Assembly (NCBI GenBank): GCA_040285855.1
Contig: JAUFOQ010000001.1
Coordinates: forward strand, 3,844,001 to 3,908,000
Length of the DNA stretch: 64,000 nt
Source of the DNA: Eukaryota sp. GEM-RC1
Taxonomy: Eukaryota
Direction of reading: 5' to 3'
Part shown: one piece after another, positions 53,877 through 64,000 of the stretch
Position numbering within the stretch: the stretch's first letter is position 1
Layout: each line of letters opens with the position of its first letter
Position numbers and translations under genes: made by a program
Notes under the pieces: model-generated
Seen by the model: the letters and a program-made list of their open reading frames with translations, nothing else
Databases searched by the model: none
What the model was told of the DNA's origin: nothing

Positions 53877-54317
53877 CATACTGGATCACATCACACGTGT
53901 TTCTGCGATCCCAAACACAATCACATCACTGTTCATTATTCAAATATATAGTACATGAATTGTCTTTGAACTTTTAGAATCTATAACATAACTTCTTGCT
54001 TTTGAAAGAAACAGGATCTTTATCACTGTCTTGAGACCAACATAGACAACATTTGCTGATATAGTATGTTGTTTGTTTCACAAAGGGATGTGATGACATT
54101 GTCGAACCAATAACGGTGGTTTTCGAGTATCAATTCAGACTGTTAATGATCAATTAAAAATTTGTTTAGGTTTAGTTTATACAATCTGCATGTTTCAATG
54201 ATGATTTCACTTTAGTAAATATCACATTTGAGTCACACAAGTAATGTGATCACAGAAAATAGGGCAGTGCGTTCACAATCACAACGTGATCATGTGTGAT
54301 TGTGATCCACAAGTATG
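53877..54317. mobile_element. 441-bp MITE with 8-bp TSD (hAT- or P-like)
   Basis: CATACT...AGTATG termini flanked by a direct GTACGAAC at 53869-53876 and 54318-54325. Subterminal ATCACA/TGTGAT repeats. Confidence 0.8.
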
Positions 54318-54539
54318 GTACGAACACATATATACCACCAATTTTCTGTGATTTGTTTTTATTATATAAAGACCTTATCAACAACAACACTAGAGTGTAC
54401 ATCGAATAGACAAACTTTTCAAATTCTAATTTCTTTTGTTGAAACTCTCACTTACTTTATCCTCATAAATGCCATTAATAATATAGCACACAATTCTATT
54501 TTTTTTCAAAATCTGAGATCAAAAGTCTGAATTTTGTTT

Positions 54540-55190
54540 ATCCTTCTACAATTGTCACAAAGTTCTCAAGTAATGGTGTTGCAGGGTGATACTGATGTCA
54601 TTAACTGATAGCACACAATATTCATTTACGGACAATTTAGGTATGTTTCCTTTCATACCCTCAACCATCCCAAGGAGAACCCCCTGCTTCCAGAAATAGA
54701 TCCCAAACAGATCCATTCAAATACCATAAACGCAACATTCATTGGAGTTAAAACTCACATCCGCTTTTTCTTCATAGAAAATACTGACTAGAGTGAATCT
54801 ATGGTTTAAATGTTCGTACAATGAAATAATGTTGTTATTCTGAAAACAAACGGGAATGTTTTTGTTTCTGTCAGGACAACCAAAGACCAATCAAATCACC
54901 TCTACTCTAATCTCTCATAATTGGAGTCAGACACAGTATTAAAAACAGGTTATATTTTTCCGTGAAATCCATTTATATAGCTTTTAAACAATTGTAAACA
55001 TTGATCACTTAAACTGTTGTGACTGATTGATCTTAAATGAATAAACTTATGACAGTTGACTACATGAAGGAAAGAGTCTAAAGAAGAATCACACACACAA
55101 GTAGACTTTTGAAGGAGACCAACAGGCCATAAACCCAACCTCAAACGAATGTTGATAAGCCATTCATGATCTTTTAAGTTGAAACTATAT
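54540..55190 (-). pseudogene. CRE/R2-like non-LTR retrotransposon relic (Cys/His knuckle and RLE region)
   Basis: FNLKDHEWLINIRLRLGLWP..STCVC...HVVNC....RSISHNSL followed by RGDL. Same family as 6351-7130. Confidence 0.7.
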
Positions 55191-56822
55191 CTTTGAAGAT
55201 GTCACTGGTTTTCAACCATAACATTAGACTTACAATTTTGATGTTCTGTTTCGTTTATTCCGTGTCAATGTCTCTAGGACATCCCTTGCATAGCATCCGT
55301 TACATCGTGTGGATGTTGTTCATAAGTTAATTAAGTTAAGAATACTTCGTGTAGATGATCGCAAACAGTCAGTAAATGTCACACTTAACCTGTACTTTTT
55401 TCATCATAAAGAAGATCCACTTAACTAGAGTACAGTGTGAACTTCTTATCATTAGTACAGTGAGACCTCTATAATGTTCCTCTATAACTTCCCTCACCAT
55501 CTTAAACTTTGGGATCACTTTGGAACATAACTGTCAAATACAAGCCACACCTGTTCTAAAAATACAAAAATACAAAAATACACACGAATATACCAAATTA
55601 CAAGTAATAAAAAATGATTTACTAATACACAGTAAAACTCCAAGACATGAAGTTGAATTTATGTCGATAAGCAAACAGATGAAACATGGGATTATCAGTA
55701 ATGCTGATGCTACTTTAGGAAATGATTCTTCCTCTTCTTGAAACACTACATTTCCATCTGGTACATTGCACACTAATCACAACACTTACTCGCAGTTGAA
55801 CTATTTTGCAAGTGACGATATTAAACTTTAAACGGTCCAAAATGAACTAGGGTTAGGGACTATTGATTGTGACCAATGCAGTAACCGAGGATACCTGGTC
55901 TAACCTGTTATTCCTGGTCGACGAACAAGTAGACGAGCTGCATATTGTAGGTGAATGATGTTCTAGAATAACATGTGGTAATTTATTGATAATCTCAACG
56001 ATAATCACAACAACTGAAGCACAAGTTTAAACTATTCATGATAAACGCATATACTGATGTCTGCTTGACTCCCAGTACCAAGAAAGACAGTATGAGTTTG
56101 ATAAACTCAAAAATTAAAAAGATCAAAGGGCAAAATCTCGATTAATAGACTTCATTCTTGTAAATATACGAAACACTCGAAGACCAAAGTCTGGACATAA
56201 TACACACAGCTTTTTTTCAATAACAAGTTTTATTGACAACAACACTACAGTGTACTTACATCTAATAATCAATATCCTCAAAGTCCAGATTGCCTAACTG
56301 GAAATTTTCACCTACCTTATCCTGATAATGTCTGCCAAGAGATACACAGCTGTTTTGAAACTCTGTGTTTGATTTACTATTACAAAGAACATTCGTATGT
56401 TTGGCTATCACCTCATCTTCAGAGTGACAAAGAACGATAGCCAACCACTTTCAGTCAAAAAATACAAAAATTCAAAAATACACATATTTGTATTTGTTAG
56501 CTATGCTTTGGAAAACGCTTATAAAGTTGTGATTGAAGTACAAATTCTGAGATAGGTGTCTACTTTAAGTAATAGTAGGTGTTTATTAAGTCAACGCTCA
56601 CTACACAATGGTGACGTGTCACTATATTGACGGTATCTCTCTTATGATAGTTCTATGATGAAAAGAACTTCGACAAATTTAAAAAGATTAAATTATGGTG
56701 TTTATAGAATTGCGAACAATTGATAACACTATCAACTTTACTCTGGAATTAAATCGCATATGTTACATAATACTGTAGAGAAAAGATTTCGTCCATTTGA
56801 GAGTCAACGTAATGAATAATAA

Positions 56823-59800
56823 CTACATGAGAGCAGACAGTCCTTCAACTTTTTTTAAATATTCTATGTCTAGGTATCCTTTGAAATCATAAAGACAGTT
56901 CTTTTGATGCAATTGCAGTTCAAATACAAGAAAATATAAAAGATTCAAATATTCAAAATGGAACGAGCAGGAGCAGCAGAGACTAGATGATTTAAACTGA
57001 CAAGAATAGAATTAAAATCGAACTGCTTTCTCAATTTTTTATCCCTGGACAAAACAAAAAAGAAATCAGCGACAAATATTTGGCCAACATCACATTTTGA
57101 ATATTTAGAAAAATAAAATCGGAAAACGTTATCCATATTCAAATGAGAAAAAGAGATGCACTATCAGTTTTGACCAAAACATTACGTAACAAAGCAAAAA
57201 TTGGAATTAAATTATCAACATCATAATCAAGACAATCAATCATACAATCAGAAATGATTGTGATGAGTGTGGGAATCAAACGTGATTTTTTGAACAGATG
57301 AAACGTCATATTTTGATCCTCTGCGATGATTAACATACAAGAAATGATCAAATTCTCGACATGATTGGGAACAATAGACAACTTCTTCTTTCGGCGAAAA
57401 TGGGGATCAAGATTAGAGACGACATATTGAAGAAGATAGTTAAGATAATTGCCTTTCAATAGATACTGTCGAGATACAGAAATATTTAGAATATTCCGCA
57501 AAATCCGCCAAAAGTCAGTAATAGCAGAAGAGGTATCGACAGAGCCATCGCAGAACACTCTGGACAACAAAAATTTCAAAAATTGAGAATTATTGAAATT
57601 TACCAGAGAAGTTGAAAAAGAGTGAGATTGAGTTAACTTAATCAAACAGTTCGTAGCACACTGGGAAAGCATTTGAGAATCAATCAAAATTGATTGAATG
57701 ACGGAATTTAAGAACAAATCACGTTGTTCGTGTTGCAGACTGAGCCACACGTGAACAGGATCAAACACAATGAAGCTAAGGAAATTTAAAATACTCTGAA
57801 GTGATTTAAATGTTTGCTTAGAATCACTAGTATCAGATCGAGCAATACTCAAAACAGACTTCTTCACCAGACTTTCTAGAAGAGATAACAAAGAGAAACG
57901 TCAAAGTTCTCAGCAATGAGACCAGTAATATCAATTGAAAATGAACAGTGATATAGAGTACAGATTTCTGAGAGAATTCCAACAGGAATTGACAGACTAA
58001 ATCCAGTAAGATCAGAATTTAGAAGAGAATTAAAGTAGGTGATACCAGTTTCAAGAATAATCAACAAAACGTCAGCAAATAGGGAGAGATCACACTTAGA
58101 ATTATTAAAATTGTGCAAGATATTCAACAGCAGGCCGAATAGCAAATCTAAAATGTCAGATTGCGTATCAAAGGCATTAAACTTACTTAGGACATCTTTG
58201 AAGGAATTCAAAACTGAAGTAGAAATTAAGTCACCATAATTGGTATCCAGAATAGAGGAAAAGTTTCGAAATATTTGAATATTTTCGAGTTTAGAAAAAG
58301 AACTGTTAATCCAACAAGAAAATAACTTGTTGAAAATTAGATTAGACGATTTAGAAATGGCACCAGATTGTTTCAGTAACATGACAATAAATTTTGAAAT
58401 TTTTGGTAGTAAAACAGGGTAATCATTGAGGACGGAAGGTAAACATGCAAGTAAATCACTTGATAAGAATCGTGTAGAAAAGTGTGCTGATAATATTAAA
58501 ATTTTAATTGAAATTTCAGCGGATTGTGGACTATGGGAGCAAAGAGTGAGAAATGATTCCCCTGATATAAACTCAATAAGGGGTTCTCGAAGATTCACCA
58601 AAATTATGGACAGGAATTTAAAAAATTCACTTGAAGAACGATTGAAACATGAATATAGGACTGATAACAACAACATAGTATGTGAATAGAAAAAACTCAC
58701 TTTGGAAGTAGAAAAACAGTTAAAAGAAAAAATGTCATTAAAATTTGAAACTAGAAAAGAAAACAAAAAATCAGCAATTTGAGGCGAAACCTTTTCATTT
58801 CGTAACACAATCAAAGTAAACATATCACAAATGCGAGGATAATTTGAAAACACGTCAAATTTTAGCAAAGAATCAAAATTGACCGGTTTGAGATCAATCA
58901 AATCCATAGCACGTCCTAATCGACAAGAATGAATTAACTCAAATAATAAATCAGAATCCTCTAAAGATAAGTCCTTACTACTGAAGCATAAGTCAACCAA
59001 AAGAACAACAGACTTCAGAAGACAAGAAGTTGTGTAGTGAAGCAATAGAGTTACGAGGGTCTTTTGTTTTTGAAATTTGTACAGAAAATTGGTGTGATTT
59101 TGAATGTTGGGAATACTTTTGAGTGTAGACCAAATTAAAATAACAACAAATATTAATGATTAAATTACGAACCCTCATCACACATGTTAGATCAATCAAA
59201 GAAATCTCTACTAATTTCTCGACAAGAACAAGGATTTCGCTTGGAGGCAAATCAAATGTTCTGGAGTGACAATATTTGGTTATAAAATTTAAAAAATTGG
59301 TAAAGAAATTGAAACCAAGTTCCAAAATAGCAGGAGAACACTTTTCCCAGAATGAAAAAATAATTTTGCAACAATGATAAATAGAAGAAGAAAGGTCTGA
59401 ATGAAAATTAAAATTACAAGACTTATTTGGAACCGAGCTGAAAAGTTCCGAAACAAAAGTTGAATGAATCAACAAACTACTGTGAAAACTAGGTGAGAAC
59501 CAATCCAAATGTAGAATTTTGGCTAATTTGGTTTGTACATTAGGATCAGAGGAAATCGTGGAAAGAATTGAAGTAAACAGATGATTGTTTTCATAAACTT
59601 TGGTGTTTAGAAAACGTAGAAAATCAAAGTTAAGTTGATCAGTTTCCAGAGGATCATCTAGTATAAGTTTAAAATAGTATGTAGGATAGAAAAAACAACT
59701 TAAATCATCAAAAACAAAAGATGAAGCAGAGGCCAACAAAGATTCCATTGACACAAAATCATTTTGAAGACATATTTTGATGAAATTCAGAACATAAGTT

Positions 59801-62004
59801 GAAATCGACGTACTAAATTTAGAAAAATCTTCAATAGTTTCAAATATTAACCCCGGTAATTGATTAAAAGACGCAAAAATATAACTAGGAACCCTAAATG
59901 TCGAAGAACCTCTACAAGGGTTTGAAATATTTAAATTTTGATAGAAAAATGAAAGAACTAAAACATTAAAGCTTAACTGCCGACATAATTCAGTAGGATG
60001 AAAAATGAATGATACAAATACACTAAAATTATCGAGAATAGACTGAGAAACAACTGACTTTCCTTGACCAATCAAGGACTTTGCGAGAAAGGCAAGAACT
60101 GGCAAGACCATTCCAGGTACAGGATTTGAAAGTAATAGAATTAATTGAGATAGGAACCCAGCATCAATGAATTTGCAAAAATTTTCAGAAAAACAAATAA
60201 TTTCTGTCAAGGCTTTTAATGAAGAAATTCTAGTGTGACTACTTATAGAAGACTCAAAGATAACCGTTGTTAAATCCTCAATTTCAGAAAAAGAAAAAGA
60301 CACGGATTTAGAGGAATTTGCTAGAACACACTCAAGTTCTGGAGAAGTCTGTTGACTGTAGAACAATGGATCTGTCGAAAGGTCTTCAAGAGAACAAGTT
60401 TTGAACAATGAAGCAGAATATTTAAAATACTGAGGAAAATTGTCTGTAAACTTCTGGGAATAATGAGTTCTAGTATCAGAATCACTTGAAATCATACCAA
60501 AAAAACAAGTGATTAACAACAGGTTCGAACTAGACATACATAGAAAATTTAAAAAAGTTGAGAAATGTCAGCAAAAGAGAATTTGTACTAACATGGATCA
60601 AAAATGGAATACAAGAACAAAAAGAATCAGTGGGATAAATTGATGGAAATAATTTGATTTTCTTGAAAATTTCGACCAACATTCGTTGACCATCGATATC
60701 TTCAAAAATCTGATTGATAAAGTAGGGAGCAATAATGATTGAATTCCAAACGGTTTCCTTTTCTAGTAGATTAAGAACAAATCGAGAAGTCTGGTATCGG
60801 ATACTGGTATTTTTAAATTTTAATAATTTGATGATTAAGGACTGAAACAATAGTAAATCTTCAGAAGAAGGAGACTGTTCTGATACGACATGATTCAAAT
60901 ATTGTTCGAACAAATTTAAATTTTCAAAGTACAATAAAGAATATATTTGAGAATCAAGAATTCTCAACAGACTTGTAGTAGAAGAACTTGGTTTAAAAGT
61001 GATTTCAAGATTTTGGACTTTTAAAACACAATTAAGTATTTCAAATGCATCATCAACCACATTACGGATAATTGAACTATTTTCAAAAACAATTCGGCAA
61101 AATATGTTAGAATAATGACCTAAAGAACATAAAAATGAAGGACACAAAACGAAATTTTGAAATATTTCTACAATTTCCGGTGACAAAATGCCGACATCTT
61201 CAACCTTTTGAGAGAATCCAAAGGGAATAGAAACAATGACGGGGTAGAAAAATGACAAATAACGAAATTTTGAAAAATTAGACACCATATCTTCTATAGA
61301 TGAATTATGAGGTCCCTTGATCACCTTTAAAACTGAAACTAACTGTGAAAAAGTTCAATCAAATGTGAAATTGAAACGTCATCATGTGTATCAAAAATGA
61401 TGTTAATATAAGTAAACAAGTCTTTGATTGAATCCATCTCTGAAAATCCTTCAGTTGGAATCATCATTGTAGAAAACGAATTTTTGAAAATATCCAATAT
61501 TTCTAAATATATATTGACAACATTAGACTCTTTAGGAACAAAACTTTGACTAATTTCCAAATCTTTCTCCACTTCCTCTTCAATTTTTTCCTGCTGAGGA
61601 CTGACTCTTCTTTGAGGTAGAGGTGGTAGTCTTCTAGTAGGTTTCAATAAAGAAAACAATTTGTTTGTGGCAATTCGACAAAGTTTCTTAGCTTGAGTGG
61701 AATAAACTGATGGTAAATCAGTGTCTAAGGTCATGTCCTGGAAGAAATCAATCCCCCCGAGATCTCGAAAGCGAATAACACCAGAAGGGTTAGAAACTAT
61801 TTTAGACAAGATAGAGAAGTATTCAGTGGGATCAGGAAGTTCGAGAAAGTTGAAAAGATTCATGAGGGAAAGAATGAATGAATCATCAATGATCTCATTG
61901 ATGTCTACAAGTTGATGGTGTATTTTTGAATGAATGGTGGACAATGCTCTAGACCTTACTTCATGGAGAGGATGAGATAGCTGATTGATGGGATGACTTA
62001 GCAT
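56823..62004 (-). CDS. RTTN: Rotatin-like large ARM/HEAT protein; one gene broken by apparent homopolymer frameshifts; 3' end approximate
   Basis: N-terminus LSHPLHEVRSRALSTIHSKIHHQL matches the recalled RTTN_N pattern (LGH.L.EIR.RAL.SI..KI.H.L). Six consecutive minus-strand ORFs abut or overlap; the three junctions checked in detail sit at A/T runs. Confidence 0.78.
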
Positions 62005-62046
62005 TTTGAAGGTACTATTAGTAGCAGGAATTTTCCACAAGATCCA

Positions 62047-63395
62047 ATGTCCTCCTCTGAATCAGAACATCTGTCTTTCTCCTCTTCTGCGGAGGCTAGT
62101 GATATAGCCAGTGATATAGAGCTGGATGATTCAACAATAATCCCCGATACAGATGTTTCTTCCACAGCAGTGTGGCATGATTCTGACGATGAATCACTTA
62201 CTACTGATCTATCTTCACACAGTAAACTGAAAAAACTTCGTTCCAATTTCGATGAAACCGTAGTCAGTGGTACTGTTTTATCATCAAAACTTCAGGAACA
62301 ATACACTAAACTGGTCAACACTAAAGTAACATGGCCTACAACACTTAACGATCTTTCATCTTCAAAACTTCCACTAGTTTGCTCAGCTACTTGGTCTCTC
62401 AAGTCCTCAATCCCAGCTTCTTTCTCCTGTCACTCCGCCAGAGCTTCCCTTAACTCCTGGAACTTCCCCTACACTTATAAAGGAGTTCTCACTTCCAATC
62501 AATCTAAGTCCTGTTCTCTTAAGTTCATCTCCACGTCCTGTTTCGGCTCTACTTTCTCCGACCGATCTCTCAATCTGTATCGCTACCTTGGTAATTCCTC
62601 TTCAGAAATCTTGACTTCCATCCGTCTTCCTGATCTCCCTTCTCCCCAACTCTCTCTTGTTGGAGGAAAGGGAATCTGTCATGGAGTTAGACCCTTCTTC
62701 TACGTTGCAGACTTTAATTGCGCTTCAATATCCAAACAGATTACAAAGCCTTTAACTGGAACTGATTCTGGACTTCAACACGTGTCTACCAATCATAATG
62801 ACGTGATGACTTTAATCACAAAGGATCAAAAAGTGACTCTTGTCGATGGTCATAATTTCATGAAGATTTCTAGTATTAAAACAGTTGGAAAACCTGTTGC
62901 TTGTAGTTTTAACCAAAATATTAATTTCCCAAATTCTTTTTCAATTGTTACTAGCAACGGTCGTTTATCCATCTATGATCTCAGAAACTCGTTGATTCCA
63001 ATCTTATCGCGTGACACTAATGACTCTTGTTCTTCAGTTGCCTTTTCTAATAATCTATTGGCAACAGGAAATCAAAGTGGTGTTGTTTCATTGTGGGAAG
63101 TTAATGGTTCAAAGTTTGAACAATTGAAAGAATTTCAAAATTTGGTTACTCCTATTGATTCAGTTCAGTTTTCATGTGATGCTAAATTTTTAATATTTTC
63201 ATCTGCGAAATCTCGAAGCGGATGTCGTGTTGTCAACACGAGTGATCTTATTTCATCTAGTAATTTCCCGCCTTTTGAGCTCAAAAAATCTACAGTCACG
63301 TGCTTTGATTGGAGTTCAAACGGGGGTTATTAACTGTTGGAACCAATTCTGGTGAAGTCCATGGATTGGAAGTTGATTGTTATAGTAGTATTTAG
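62047..63395 (+). CDS. UTP18: U3 snoRNP/SSU processome WD40 protein UTP18; apparent 1-nt deletion at about 63330
   Basis: Acidic N-terminus, AVWHDSDDE...KLKKLR...VSG...KLQEQY, RPFFYVAD, LKEFQNLVTPI and SNFP motifs. A frameshift restores GGYLTVGTNSGEV. Confidence 0.88.
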
Positions 63396-63566
63396 TTATT
63401 TTTCTAGTTTTATTAGATGTTTTTTTGTTAGATTTAAGTCATTTAAAAATTATTTAAATTTTCTAGTTTTCCATCTCAATTTTAATAATCGAAAAGTCTG
63501 AAGTTTAGCAACAGTAAAAGGCACTAGTAATGTTAACATTCATAAAACCAAATATTTGAATTTTTT

Positions 63567-64000
63567 TTACATGAAGTCATCTTCTACTTCTTCCAGTGTC
63601 TTTCCTTCTAAGTACTTATTAGAAACCTTGTTATCAGACGACATTAACGACGAATAACTCTTCAGTTCATCTTCTTCTCGCTTTCGTTCAAGTTCTTCTT
63701 GTTGTTTTCTTCTAAACTCTTGTTGTTCATGTCTCCTTCTTCTTGCCAACAGAGATTCACGCTCAGTTTTTAACTTTTCTAAATCCGGAAACTCTTCAGT
63801 CCTTGTTTTATTTAGTCGATTTAAAACTGAATTATCTTTTTGTTGTACCGTGTAATAACGACAAAGATTACGATCTTTGAAGGAGACTTGACCCGCCACC
63901 ATGTGTGATGTTTTGAGTAGATTAGAAGCAGGGGTGCAGACAATACGGACGTTGTTTTGTTTACACCCTTGTATAGAATTAGCCTTGGTGAGTTGACAAA
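63567..64000 (-). CDS. CCDC25: CCDC25/Jlp2-like protein (NFACT RNA-binding domain family); 5' part outside the window
   Basis: CQLTKANSIQGCKQNNVRIVCTPASNLLKTSHMVAGQVSF...LNRLNKT..E.FPDL...YSSLM...EDDFM C-terminus. Confidence 0.92.
   Translation of the reverse strand, partial: CQLTKANSIQGCKQNNVRIVCTPASNLLKTSHMVAGQVSFKDRNLCRYYTVQQKDNSVLNRLNKTRTEEFPDLEKLKTERESLLARRRRHEQQEFRRKQQEELERKREEDELKSYSSLMSSDNKVSNKYLEGKTLEEVEDDFM

Larger units (their letters stand above)
18973..54320. repeat. Tandem macrosatellite, about 9.5 units of 3.69-3.77 kb
   Basis: A marker ORF recurs at 19121, 22813, 26580, 30350, 34044, 37805, 41497, 45255, 49019 and 52710. Spacings are 3692, 3767, 3770, 3694, 3761, 3692, 3758, 3764 and 3691. 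Confidence 0.98.

Noticed and set aside
18973..54320. Array as an rDNA, 5S, tRNA, SL-RNA or CRISPR locus
   Set aside because: No recognisable rRNA or tRNA motifs, very AT-rich, and no short repeat-spacer structure. A divergent small RNA cannot be excluded without a covariance search.
55848..55858. TAGGGTTAGGG telomere-like motif
   Set aside because: Fewer than two full units; expected by chance.
56262..56444. Short minus-strand ORF with protein-like C-terminus, plus short repeats shared with 54380 and 55560
   Set aside because: No recognisable family; probably TE debris, insufficient evidence.
61325..61343. Possible 19-nt GT-AG intron in RTTN
   Set aside because: Splicing it leads to a stop within a few codons; a one-base indel in the adjacent run restores the frame.

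Overview
AT-rich, gene-compact eukaryotic (protist-like) DNA. 1-6350: a rearranged Ty3/Gypsy LTR retrotransposon (gag-like region, RT remnant, intact RNase H-integrase-chromo-like frame) with an internally deleted copy of itself inserted in reverse. 6350-19000: relics of a CRE/R2-like non-LTR retroelement, two CACT-ended DNA-transposon derivatives, and host genes (BTB-SPRY protein, LLPH, a GATA factor with a 30-nt intron, eIF3e, and an RHL1-like Topo VI accessory protein with a 93-bp coding repeat). About 18970-54320: a 35-kb tandem array of about 9.5 near-identical 3.69/3.77-kb units, built from TE and pseudogene scraps also found in the flanks, with a 5-unit (about 18.7 kb) higher-order period. 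54320-64000: more TE relics, then rotatin, UTP18 and a partial CCDC25. Most breaks in host ORFs fall at homopolymer runs and look like long-read indel errors. All calls come from reading and motif recall; no searches were run.
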